A stretch of 55,493 nt of DNA from an uncultured Rickettsiales bacterium (GTDB lineage: Bacteria; Myxococcota_A; UBA796; UBA9615). The first letter of the stretch is position 1; each line of letters starts with the position of its first letter. The translations under genes and the position numbers were made by a program. Below are positions 27,986 through 36,231 of the stretch, one piece after another. Where the stretch lies: positions 1-55,493 of the forward strand of contig CAZBKF010000002.1 of the NCBI GenBank assembly GCA_964492355.1. Reading direction: 5' to 3'. The notes under the pieces were generated by a model. The model saw only the letters and a list, made by a program, of their open reading frames with translations. It had not been told where the DNA came from and did no database searches.

Positions 27986-29752
27986 CTATCCCCCCGCCGC
28001 GGCCATGCGCGCGATGCGGTCCAGGGTGGGCGAGCGGTCGGGCCACCGCGAGCGCATGTGATCGAGCACCTCCCGGGCTCGCCCGAGTTCGGCCCGGTGC
28101 AGGAACACATCGAACGCCAGGGCGACGTGGGGCAGGGAGTCGGGCTCCAGCAGCAGCAGCCGCTCCGCCATCTGCTCCCGGTCCGAGGCGAGGGCGCGCC
28201 CTTCACCGAGGTGGAGCTCCGTCCACAGGCGCCAGTACAGGAGCTCCGGCGCGTCCGGCTCCAACACCTCGAGCTCCGCGAGCAGCAGTTCGGCCTGGTC
28301 CCGCTGGCCGAGGCGCGCGAGCTCCGAGGCCAGCACCAGGGCCGAGGCCGGATCGCTCGACGCCTCAGCGGGTGCGCGCTCCCGGGCTCGGGTCAGGGAC
28401 GTCGTGTCGAACAGGTCCAGCGACTCGATGATCGCCTGCCGGACGGGGCCGTAGGTGCGCCAGTGCTCCAGCGGATGCACGAACTGCAGCGTGGTGACGT
28501 GCACGCCCCGCACGCAGCCCAGGTTCAGGGCGCGCAGGGGCTGTCCCTCGACCACCAGATCCATCTCCAGCGTGAAGCAGCGCCCCAGATCCGCCGGCAG
28601 CCGCGGGGCGAGGGCCATCCGTCGGGGGAGCACGATCGCTCCGGATCGCTCCAGCTCGGCGACCCAGACCGCTTCGACCTCGGGCCGGGATGCGGGCTCG
28701 TGCTCCTCCATCCAGGCCGTGGTGGTCACGCGCGCGGCCCCGGTGAGGGAGCGCCAGCTGGGGGCTCCGTCGGCCTCGGCCACGTCCCAGGTGCGGGGGG
28801 GATGGATCGCGTACCCGGCCTGGGGGAACGGGGCCGGATCCGCTGCGGGCAGCACCGTCCCGATGAGCCCCAGCTCCGAGGCGGCGGGCAGGCCGACCGT
28901 CGTGATGAAGACGAGGGCGACCGACGCCCCCGCGCGCGTCAGCCTCCGGGCCGTCATGTCGATCGTCTCGACGTGGGACGAGGGGAGCGTCAGCCCCAGC
29001 GTGGCGCCCACCGCCAGTCCGCCGAGGTGGCAGAAGTTGTCGACGAAGTCGGACCAGATCGCCCCGAACAGGAGGAAGTAGACGATGAAGGGGAAGATCG
29101 ACCACCCGAACCGCTTGCGCGCCGTCTCGGGCATCCAGGTCCCGTAGCGCCAGCCCAGGGCGAGGGCCGCTCCGAACAGGCCGAAGGTGATGCCCGAGGC
29201 GCCCACTGTGGGCAGGGGCGTGGCGACGCTGGAGACGATCATGGAGCCGATGGCCGAGGCGACGATCACCAGCAAGGTGCCCGTGCGGCCCAGCAGCGAC
29301 TCGACGTTCCACCCCACGTACAGGACGTAGAGCAGGTTCGGGATGATGTGGGACCAGCCGGCGTGAAGGAGCGAGGCCGTCAACAGGCGCCACCACTGTC
29401 CCAGCTCGACCTGGTGGGGGAGCGACTTCGCCCCCTGCTCGACGAGTACCGCTCCAGACAGGCTGTCTCCCGTCGCGAGTTGCCAGGCGTAGACCACCAG
29501 CAGCAGCGAGACGGTGGCGAGCGTGACCCAGGCGGGCTGCCGGAAGGTGAAGCGGGCCATGAACCGGCCCTGCTGGTCATCGATCAGATCCTGGAAGATC
29601 TCCATCGAGTCAGCCGACACGAACTCGGTTCCGGTCGCCGGTGGGAACCGGACCTGCGCGTGGCGGGGCACCACCCCCCGACGCACCGCGTCCTCGAAGT
29701 CCTCGTACGACAGCGTCTCGATCGACCCGTCCGGGTGGCGGATCTCGACCAA
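27986..29752 (-). CDS. Rhomboid-family intramembrane serine protease with GYF-like N-terminal domain and long C-terminal TPR-like extension
   Basis: Rhomboid core: WWRLLTASLLHAGWSHIIPN, catalytic Ser in GASGITFGLFGA and His in FCHLGGL. About 300 aa of extra C-terminal sequence carries helical repeats. Confidence 0.85.
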   Translation of the reverse strand: MVEIRHPDGSIETLSYEDFEDAVRRGVVPRHAQVRFPPATGTEFVSADSMEIFQDLIDDQQGRFMARFTFRQPAWVTLATVSLLLVVYAWQLATGDSLSGAVLVEQGAKSLPHQVELGQWWRLLTASLLHAGWSHIIPNLLYVLYVGWNVESLLGRTGTLLVIVASAIGSMIVSSVATPLPTVGASGITFGLFGAALALGWRYGTWMPETARKRFGWSIFPFIVYFLLFGAIWSDFVDNFCHLGGLAVGATLGLTLPSSHVETIDMTARRLTRAGASVALVFITTVGLPAASELGLIGTVLPAADPAPFPQAGYAIHPPRTWDVAEADGAPSWRSLTGAARVTTTAWMEEHEPASRPEVEAVWVAELERSGAIVLPRRMALAPRLPADLGRCFTLEMDLVVEGQPLRALNLGCVRGVHVTTLQFVHPLEHWRTYGPVRQAIIESLDLFDTTSLTRARERAPAEASSDPASALVLASELARLGQRDQAELLLAELEVLEPDAPELLYWRLWTELHLGEGRALASDREQMAERLLLLEPDSLPHVALAFDVFLHRAELGRAREVLDHMRSRWPDRSPTLDRIARMAAAGG

Positions 29753-29759
29753 CTGGGCC

Positions 29760-31511
29760 TCAGCCGTCCAGCCTGCGGAGGAGCTCGGCGGGTCCCGAGC
29801 CGGGCAGCGGGGCCAGACCGGGCTTGCGGTTGTCCCCCCCGAGCGCGCCGACGAGGGCCGTAGCGAGGCGTTCGTGAGCCGCAGCCCGTCCCGGCGCCCG
29901 ATGATCCAGCGCCGCCCGGAGCTTGTCGTGCACCACCCTGCGGGTCTCGCTCTCGGGACGGCTCGGAGCGCCCCGGGCCACCGCCACCTCGGCCTCGCGC
30001 ACCCGCCCGCCGTGCAGCAACACCCGGATCCGAGCGGGAATGGGGAACGTCAAGGCGGCCAGATCGTGCTCCGACAGGTCCGGGCCCCGACGCCGCGCCG
30101 GGGTCTCGAACGTCGGTCCGAGCAGCCTCTGGAGGCCGCGCGCGGCGAGGTCCGAGAGCTTGCCGATGCCCCGGTTGAGCAGCTCCGTGGGCTCTTCGCC
30201 GTCGAGCTCCTGGAACCGCTCACCACCCAGCGCCATGGGCAGCTCGGCGACGGACAGGCCCGCCTCCAGCCCGCCGCCGGCCCGGCACGCCGCGGCCAGC
30301 AGCGGCACCGCGCCGACCCCCGCGAGGAGCTTGTCGATGCCCACCCCGACCTTCAGCGCGTTCCAGGTCTTCAGGGTGAGGCGCCAGTCGTGGTGCAGCC
30401 AGATCCGCGTCGCCAGCTCGGCGATGTCGTGCCCATGCTGCTCCAGGGAGCGCTCGCTCAGGTCGCTGGACCGGATCGAACCGGCGATCAGACGCAGCGC
30501 GAGGCTGCGGGCCACCGAGAAGTTGATCGACACCGGGGTGAGGGGCGCATCGGCCCCCAGGAGCCGCTCCATGGCCATCGTCAGGAGGCCCGCGTCCACG
30601 TCGATCCGCATGACGTCGTCGGCGCGGAGGGCGCGCCCCTCTTCGGCCTCGAAGTCCTCGGCGATCAGATCGAGGGCCTCCAGCGACGTGGCGAGGTACG
30701 CGCAGCCCGGGACCGCCTTGATCGCCAGCGACCAGGTCAGCCACGCGGTCTTCGTCGGATCGTGGGCCGGAAGACCCGTCAGCCAACCCCGCAGGGGACG
30801 TCCCTGGGCGTGCACCGCGAGGAAGTCCGACTCACCGTCGAGCAGCCCCAGGGGCCCGTTCATCCCCGCCTCGGCCAGCTTGGCCATGCGCCAGCCATCG
30901 AGGAGGGGACGAGCCGCCGTCAGCACCTTGCCGCCGCTGCCGAAGAGCCCCCAGTCCACGTGGGGAGCCTGGGCCAGGGCCAGGGCGATCCCGTGGGCGA
31001 GCCGCTCTGCGTCCAGGCCCCGGAGCATGCCGTAGGCGAGCGCTCCCCCGACCGAGTGGATGAAGGACCAGGCCTGTCCGTTCTGACGACCCGCGATGCA
31101 GAGCCCGCCGAGGCGCGCCATGACCTCGTTGGCCGCGAGCTGGGCCCGCAGGGCGTCGTCCCAGGTCAGCCCCGCCTCCGCAGCGCCGAGCCAGGACGCC
31201 CAGACGGCGCTGTGCCCGGTGTGTCCGCAGAGCATCCAGTCGTCGTAGTCGTGGGCCATCGACAAGGTCGAGCCCGCCAGGAGGGCACCCTCCAGGGAGA
31301 GGTCGGCCAGCCCGGGGGCCACCACCAGGTCGCCGGAGCCGAGGCCTCGGGCCATCGCCAGCACCGGGCCGACGTCGTCGCTGTCCAGGCCTGCCGCAGC
31401 GGCGCCGAAGACGGACGCGGCCTGCCAGCGGAGGCGCTCCAGCACCCCGGGAGGGGCGTGGTCCAGCGAGAGGGCGCAGGCCCACTCGGCGAGGTCGAGG
31501 ATGGTGCTCAC
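29760..31511 (-). CDS. MmgE/PrpD-family protein (2-methylcitrate dehydratase / cis-aconitate decarboxylase superfamily), C-terminally extended
   Basis: GTG at 31511 overlaps the upstream stop (GTGA). LAEWACALSLDHAPPGVLERLRWQAASVFGAAAAG and MAHDYDDWMLCGHTGHSAV match the family's N-terminal and HD(F/Y)DD motifs. The 49 upstream codons of the track ORF overlap the Pnkp-like gene and are rejected. Confidence 0.75.
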   Translation of the reverse strand: MSTILDLAEWACALSLDHAPPGVLERLRWQAASVFGAAAAGLDSDDVGPVLAMARGLGSGDLVVAPGLADLSLEGALLAGSTLSMAHDYDDWMLCGHTGHSAVWASWLGAAEAGLTWDDALRAQLAANEVMARLGGLCIAGRQNGQAWSFIHSVGGALAYGMLRGLDAERLAHGIALALAQAPHVDWGLFGSGGKVLTAARPLLDGWRMAKLAEAGMNGPLGLLDGESDFLAVHAQGRPLRGWLTGLPAHDPTKTAWLTWSLAIKAVPGCAYLATSLEALDLIAEDFEAEEGRALRADDVMRIDVDAGLLTMAMERLLGADAPLTPVSINFSVARSLALRLIAGSIRSSDLSERSLEQHGHDIAELATRIWLHHDWRLTLKTWNALKVGVGIDKLLAGVGAVPLLAAACRAGGGLEAGLSVAELPMALGGERFQELDGEEPTELLNRGIGKLSDLAARGLQRLLGPTFETPARRRGPDLSEHDLAALTFPIPARIRVLLHGGRVREAEVAVARGAPSRPESETRRVVHDKLRAALDHRAPGRAAAHERLATALVGALGGDNRKPGLAPLPGSGPAELLRRLDG

Positions 31512-32770
31512 GACGTCCAGGTCTCCCAGCGCGCGACGCCCTCGACCCAACTCCGGGACGCCTGCACGCTCTCGAAGGTCCGCTCGGGCCAGCGCATCGC
31601 GCACAGCGCTCCGCCAAAGACGGCCCCCAGGTCGATGTCCGCGGTGTTGTGGCGCCACTCGGCGCGCCGCACCGGCACGTGTCCATGCACGACCGCCGGC
31701 TCCCCAGAATAGTCAGCCGCCCAGTCGAGCCGCTCGGGATATCCGTCGATCTCCCGGCCCGTCGTCTTCCCGTACAGGCAGAAGGCCCGCACCTTCGGGC
31801 CGACCCGGCCGTGGTCTCGCTCCTCGAGCCCGGCGTGGGTCACGATGAGCGCGCCGCCGTCCAACCACAGGTAGGGAGGAGCGCTCTTCATGAGGCGATC
31901 GAAGCGGGCCCGCAGCTCCCGATCCTCCGCATCCGTCAGGGCGTTCCACTCGGCCACCGTGCTGCCGAGGCCGCCGGACACCGTGACGCCCCGCCCCTGA
32001 AGCCAGCGCCACAGCTTGTCGTCGTGGTTGCCGGGCACGAACAGCGCGCGGCTGTCCTCCAGCCAGGGGAGCACGAGGCGCAGCACGCCGACCGAGGAGG
32101 GGCCCCGGTCCACCAGGTCCCCCAGGAAGACGAGGCGCCGTCCCTCGGGATGCAGTCCGTCCACGTAGCCGAGCTGGTCGAGCAGCGTCTCGAGCTCGGC
32201 CAGGCAGCCGTGCACGTCTCCGATGATGTCGAAGGGCCCGCTCACGTCCAGGCGGAGCGGCGCCAGGGGCTCCCGCTCGACGATGACCTCGTCCAGGTTG
32301 GAGGCGTCGAGGTGGTGCACCCCGTCGTAGCGCTCGTCATCCAGGTCTGAGGTGAGCCGATCCGCGAGCTCGCGATGGGTCCGCAGGACCGAGTCCGGGA
32401 CCTGGCGGGCGCGGGCTTTGTTGCGCTCGCGCAGCGTCTCCAGCTTCGCGTCGAACACCACCAGGTGGACGGGGAGGCGAGCGGATCGAGCGATGCGCCG
32501 GAACTCGGCCCGTCCTTCCTTCTCGAGGTTCGTCGCGTCCACCACCGTGATCCGGCCGTGGGCGAGGCGCGCTTCGCAGAGCTGGTGAACCAGCGCGAAC
32601 GTCTCCTCGTTGATGTCCTGGTTGTCGGGGTCGTCGCAGAGCAACCCCCGCACCGCGTCCGAGGACACCACCTCCGTCGGTGAGAACCAGCGCTGGGCGA
32701 AGCTGGACTTGCCGCTCGCCGCGGGTCCGCACAGGACGACGAGGGACGGCTCTGGGAGTCGGAGCGGCAC
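31508..32770 (-). CDS. Pnkp-type polynucleotide 5'-kinase / 2',3'-phosphatase (kinase + metallophosphatase only, no ligase domain)
   Basis: GTG start. The P-loop (LVVLCGPAASGKSS) and SSDAVRGLLCDDPDNQ are T4-Pnk-like kinase features. The calcineurin-type motifs GDVHGC, GDLVDRGP, GNHD, THAG and VHGHVP follow. From memory, the order and spacing are colinear with the first ~420 aa of bacterial Pnkp. Confidence 0.75.
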   Translation of the reverse strand: MPLRLPEPSLVVLCGPAASGKSSFAQRWFSPTEVVSSDAVRGLLCDDPDNQDINEETFALVHQLCEARLAHGRITVVDATNLEKEGRAEFRRIARSARLPVHLVVFDAKLETLRERNKARARQVPDSVLRTHRELADRLTSDLDDERYDGVHHLDASNLDEVIVEREPLAPLRLDVSGPFDIIGDVHGCLAELETLLDQLGYVDGLHPEGRRLVFLGDLVDRGPSSVGVLRLVLPWLEDSRALFVPGNHDDKLWRWLQGRGVTVSGGLGSTVAEWNALTDAEDRELRARFDRLMKSAPPYLWLDGGALIVTHAGLEERDHGRVGPKVRAFCLYGKTTGREIDGYPERLDWAADYSGEPAVVHGHVPVRRAEWRHNTADIDLGAVFGGALCAMRWPERTFESVQASRSWVEGVARWETWTS

Positions 32771-32839
32771 CGGGGGACGTGTCTAGCAGCGATCCGGGGA
32801 GAGCACGACACCGATGGCAGCCAGCGGCCGCGCCACGCC

Positions 32840-32845
32840 TACAAT
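32840..32845 (+). promoter_or_regulatory. Possible -10 box (TACAAT) 6 nt upstream of the GTG of the CHAT-STAND gene
   Basis: A near-consensus hexamer in the 81-nt divergent intergenic region. No SD is present before either divergent gene, and no good -35 was found. Confidence 0.2.
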
Positions 32846-32851
32846 CGACGG

Positions 32852-35800
32852 GTGCAGAGCCTGGAACTCCACGTTCGTGCAGACGGGGACGTGCTCGCCT
32901 TTCACGTCGTGGATCGTGAGCGGGTGTCCACGGGGACCCCGCAGGGCACGTCCTCGCTGGGGCGGAGCAACGCCCGCGCCCGGGGAGCGCGCCTCGAGCA
33001 GCAGATCGCCGATGCATGCGCTCGGGGAAAGCTGAACGCGGCCGACCGAGAGCACATTCGGGCGCGAGCCCAGCTCCTCCACGATCTGCTGGTTCCCGCC
33101 GCTCTGCGTCCGACGCTCCGGGCATCGGTGGGGTGCCCGCTGTGGCTGCGTTTGCGGGGGTGGTCGAGCGAGCTGCCCTGGGAGTGGCTGCACGATGGCG
33201 TCGGGTACTGGTCCGACCGCTTCGCGGTAGGGCGCGACAGAGGCCGGGGTCGGCCCCGTCCGCTCCCGTCGCCTCCTCGACGGCTGCTGGTCCTGGGCGA
33301 CGAGGCCACCCTCGGCAGGGCCCGGCTCACCACCCTGCGGGGCCGGCTCCAGGAGCGGGGCATCACCACCCGGGTCCAACGAGGTCCGCTCCTGCGAGGG
33401 GACCTCCGGGTCGCGCTCCAGGCCGCCGACATCGTGCACGTCGGGGCAGCCGCTACCGGCCAGGGGCTCGCCTGCGCGGACGGCGCCTTCGGTCTTGGAG
33501 ATCTGCCCGAGGGAGGACCCTGGCCACAGCTCCTGGTGCTGGCTGGCTCGGGCACGCGGGGATTCGGTGAGGCCGCTCACCGGGCGGGGGTGCCCACCGT
33601 CATCGCGACGACGACGCCCCTGGCGAGGGGCGCGGGTGCGTCCGTGGTGGCTGCCCTCTACGCCGGGCTGCTGGATGGAGCCTGCGTGGGGGAGGCGCTG
33701 ACCGCTGCGCGTCGGGACGATCCGGAGGACATCGGGGCCGTCCCGTGGCTCCTCCTCGGTGACCCGTCGGCCATCCTCGGGCGGCCGCGGCCCCCCGCTC
33801 CCCAGGACGGAGCCGCCTGGGTGGGGGTGTGGGTCGACGCCAAGGTGAGCGATCCGGACAAGGCAGCCTCGATCCGGGGCCCCATCCAGGAGCTCGTCCG
33901 GGCGGAGGGACAGCGGCTGGGCCTCGAGCCCCAGGTGTCGGCGGCGGGCCAGGCGGTCCTGTTCGGACTCCCTCCGAGTCGGTTCGGAGATCGCACCGGG
34001 GAGGCTGGGTTGGGCCTCGCCGAGCGGCTGCGGGACACCCTCTCCGAGGATCGCGTGGCAGGTCTCGGGGGGCGGTTCGGCGCGACGCTCGGAGTGGGGC
34101 TCGCGGTGGGGCCGGGAGCCCCGAGCCGGGCGGTGGAGCTCGCGCGTCGAGCGGCGCCGGACGTGTTGATCGTCGACGGGGATGGCAAGGAGTCGAGCCG
34201 CCGGGAGCGGCGGGTCTTCATCGAGCTGAGGCGCCCTGCGTCGGACGGAACCCTCGCCTGGGAAGCGCGGCCGGGGTCGGTGGCTCCGCCCAGGCCCCTG
34301 CTGGGACGGCGGGACGAGCTGCACGCCCTGCAGCGCGGGTTCGACGAAGTGAAGCGCCGTCACGAGACCCGGCTCGTGCTGATCACCGGGTCCGCGGGGA
34401 GCGGGAAGTCGGCCCTCGTGCAGGGATTCGGTCGCCGCCTGGCCGACCGGGGCGTAGAGGTTCAGACCCTCGAGCTCACCGAGCTCGGAGGCCCCACCGA
34501 GCGCTACCCCTCCGAGTCGGCGACCGCGGCCGTGCTGGTCTACGAGGACGCACACCGGCTGGGGGACCGACAGTTCGGAGAGCTCCTGCACCGTCTCGCC
34601 CGGCCTCGGCCTCCGGCGTTGGTCATCGTCACGCTCCGGGCGGACTCGCCACCGCGCCGACTGCGCCTCGCCCAGCTCCAGGACGCGGCGACCGACAGCA
34701 TCCCCCTGCCGGCTCTCTCTGCCGCGGACGCCTCGGCGTTGGCGAGACAGCTCCTGGGGCGCGCGAACCTGTCCCGGGACGAGGAGCGGCTCCTGGGGCT
34801 GGCGGACGGCAATCCGCTGCTGATCCGGTTGCTCGCGGGCCGACTGCGGGGGGCCGGGGTCCAGGGCGACGAGCCGCCTGCGCTCGTCCGCGGGATGATC
34901 ACCGACCGCCTCGCGGGGGCCGGGGCCGAGGTGGCTCGGGTGCTCGAGGGCGTGGCCGTGCTCGGGCAGCCTTGCACCACGGACGCGCTGGAGGCGTTGC
35001 CGGGGGTGACGCCGAGCGCGGTGGCCCAGGCCGCAGCGGAGGGGTGGCTGACTCTGCGGAGTGAGATGCTCGGGGGTCGCCGGGTCGCTCGGTGCCGCCT
35101 GCGCGACCGGATGATGGCCCGCTACCTGGACGCGCTGGTCGACACGGACCGCGGCCCCGAGCTCCACCAGGCCGCGTTTCAGTGGCACAGCAAAGTGGGA
35201 AGCGGCGCCTCGAAGCGTGCTCGCCACGCCCTGCGCTCCGCGGCGCCCCTGCAAGCCGTCGCGCCTCTCTGGGAGGCGATCCTCGCGGGTGGCGGGGAGG
35301 AGCGGTACACCGAGCACATCGACGCTCTGGAGCGCCTGCTGGCGACGACCCCCGAGACGGAGATGCCCGTGGATGCCCCGACGTCCGCCCAGGTCCGGGC
35401 CGTGCGCCATGGGCTGCCAGGGCTGTCCGTCGGTGGCTACCGGGTCCGGGGCCTCATTGCGGTCGACCGGCTGGCCACGCGGTTCCTCGTGGACAGGCCC
35501 GAGGGCGAGCTCGAGCTCCGGCTGGTGCACCCCGAGCTGGTCCCGAACCCGCCGTCCCGTCGCCGCTTCGAGGAGCACCTGCAGCGGCTGCGGGCCCTGA
35601 ACCTGCCGTCGCTGGTGCCCGTCGGCGACTCGCTGGAGATCGACGGGCAGCTCGTCCTGCCTGCTCGGTGGTTCGCCGGTGAGAGCACCCGAACACACCT
35701 GGCGCGGCACGGCGCCCTGGCCCCGGCGCAAGCCGCGGCGGTCGCTGGTGAGGTCCTCGGACTGCTGGCGGCGCTGGCTCAGCGCAGTCCAGAGACGGCG

Positions 35801-35902
35801 TCGGCACTGGACCTGCGCCCCGAGGGAATCTGGTTGGGGGACGACGGGCGGGTCCGGGTGGAGCACCTGACTGCGCTGCAGGGGGGCCGCTGTGGGCGCT
35901 GA
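32852..35902 (+). CDS. CHAT-like / cyclase-like / AAA (STAND, AAA_16-type) ATPase / helical / protein-kinase-like N-lobe giant protein, interrupted by a frameshift
   Basis: CHAT hallmarks are ELPWEWLHD, ADIVHVGAA, QLLVLAGSGT, VPTVIATT and WLLLGDP. Walker A is ITGSAGSGKS and Walker B is VLVYEDAH. The C-terminal kinase-like part (YRVRGLIAV...LDLRPEGIWLGDDGRVRVEHL) stops at TGA 35900-02, in the middle of the kinase fold. Confidence 0.8.
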   Translation: MQSLELHVRADGDVLAFHVVDRERVSTGTPQGTSSLGRSNARARGARLEQQIADACARGKLNAADREHIRARAQLLHDLLVPAALRPTLRASVGCPLWLRLRGWSSELPWEWLHDGVGYWSDRFAVGRDRGRGRPRPLPSPPRRLLVLGDEATLGRARLTTLRGRLQERGITTRVQRGPLLRGDLRVALQAADIVHVGAAATGQGLACADGAFGLGDLPEGGPWPQLLVLAGSGTRGFGEAAHRAGVPTVIATTTPLARGAGASVVAALYAGLLDGACVGEALTAARRDDPEDIGAVPWLLLGDPSAILGRPRPPAPQDGAAWVGVWVDAKVSDPDKAASIRGPIQELVRAEGQRLGLEPQVSAAGQAVLFGLPPSRFGDRTGEAGLGLAERLRDTLSEDRVAGLGGRFGATLGVGLAVGPGAPSRAVELARRAAPDVLIVDGDGKESSRRERRVFIELRRPASDGTLAWEARPGSVAPPRPLLGRRDELHALQRGFDEVKRRHETRLVLITGSAGSGKSALVQGFGRRLADRGVEVQTLELTELGGPTERYPSESATAAVLVYEDAHRLGDRQFGELLHRLARPRPPALVIVTLRADSPPRRLRLAQLQDAATDSIPLPALSAADASALARQLLGRANLSRDEERLLGLADGNPLLIRLLAGRLRGAGVQGDEPPALVRGMITDRLAGAGAEVARVLEGVAVLGQPCTTDALEALPGVTPSAVAQAAAEGWLTLRSEMLGGRRVARCRLRDRMMARYLDALVDTDRGPELHQAAFQWHSKVGSGASKRARHALRSAAPLQAVAPLWEAILAGGGEERYTEHIDALERLLATTPETEMPVDAPTSAQVRAVRHGLPGLSVGGYRVRGLIAVDRLATRFLVDRPEGELELRLVHPELVPNPPSRRRFEEHLQRLRALNLPSLVPVGDSLEIDGQLVLPARWFAGESTRTHLARHGALAPAQAAAVAGEVLGLLAALAQRSPETASALDLRPEGIWLGDDGRVRVEHLTALQGGRCGR
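35879..35887 (+). other. G6 homopolymer / formal X_XXY_YYZ heptamer (caG GGG GGC) at the frame switch inside the kinase-like domain
   Basis: Frame 2 reads ..LTALQGGRCGR*. Frame 1 from the same G-run reads GGPLWALTEMGALRGRVGSIAPELLEG.., which continues the kinase fold. One extra G or a -1 slip would fuse the two. Confidence 0.7.
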
Positions 35903-35907
35903 CCGAG

Positions 35908-36231
35908 ATGGGGGCGCTCCGAGGTCGGGTCGGGAGCATCGCGCCCGAGCTCCTGGAAGGCCACCCGCATCCCGCGAACGGGGTCTGGTCGGTGGGTGCG
36001 CTGCTCTGGGAGCTCCTGACGGGCGCGCCGCTGTTCGCCGGTCGTTCGATCAGGGAGGCCTCAGCGGCCGTTCGCCAGGCGGACCTGACCCCTGCCTTCG
36101 ACCAGGTCGGACAGTCCCACCCGGCGTTCGCTCCGCTGCTGCGGCGCACGCTGGTCCGGGATCCCGATGCCCGGCCGCAGGCTACCGAGCTGGCCGCGGA
36201 CCTGGCCCGGATCAGCGCGGAGCTCGGATGA
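35908..36231 (+). CDS. Protein-kinase C-lobe fragment: out-of-frame continuation of the CHAT-STAND gene (frame is open upstream to at least 35779)
   Basis: SIAPELLEG is APE-like. GVWSVGALLWELLTGAPLF is the DxWSxG helix F, and RDPDARP is the subdomain XI motif. Confidence 0.75.
   Translation: MGALRGRVGSIAPELLEGHPHPANGVWSVGALLWELLTGAPLFAGRSIREASAAVRQADLTPAFDQVGQSHPAFAPLLRRTLVRDPDARPQATELAADLARISAELG

Noticed and set aside
31508-32770. Complete Pnkp-Hen1 RNA repair cassette
   Set aside because: No ligase/adenylyltransferase domain, Hen1 methyltransferase or stand-alone RNA ligase is recognisable anywhere in the window. The only methyltransferase (13354-14202) is 17 kb away and coupled to a cyclase.
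32783-35866. 1027-aa minus-strand ORF (also 35454-37394, 646 aa)
   Set aside because: It lies antisense to the CHAT-STAND gene, which has Walker A/B and CHAT motifs. The sequence is Arg/Pro/Gly-rich junk.
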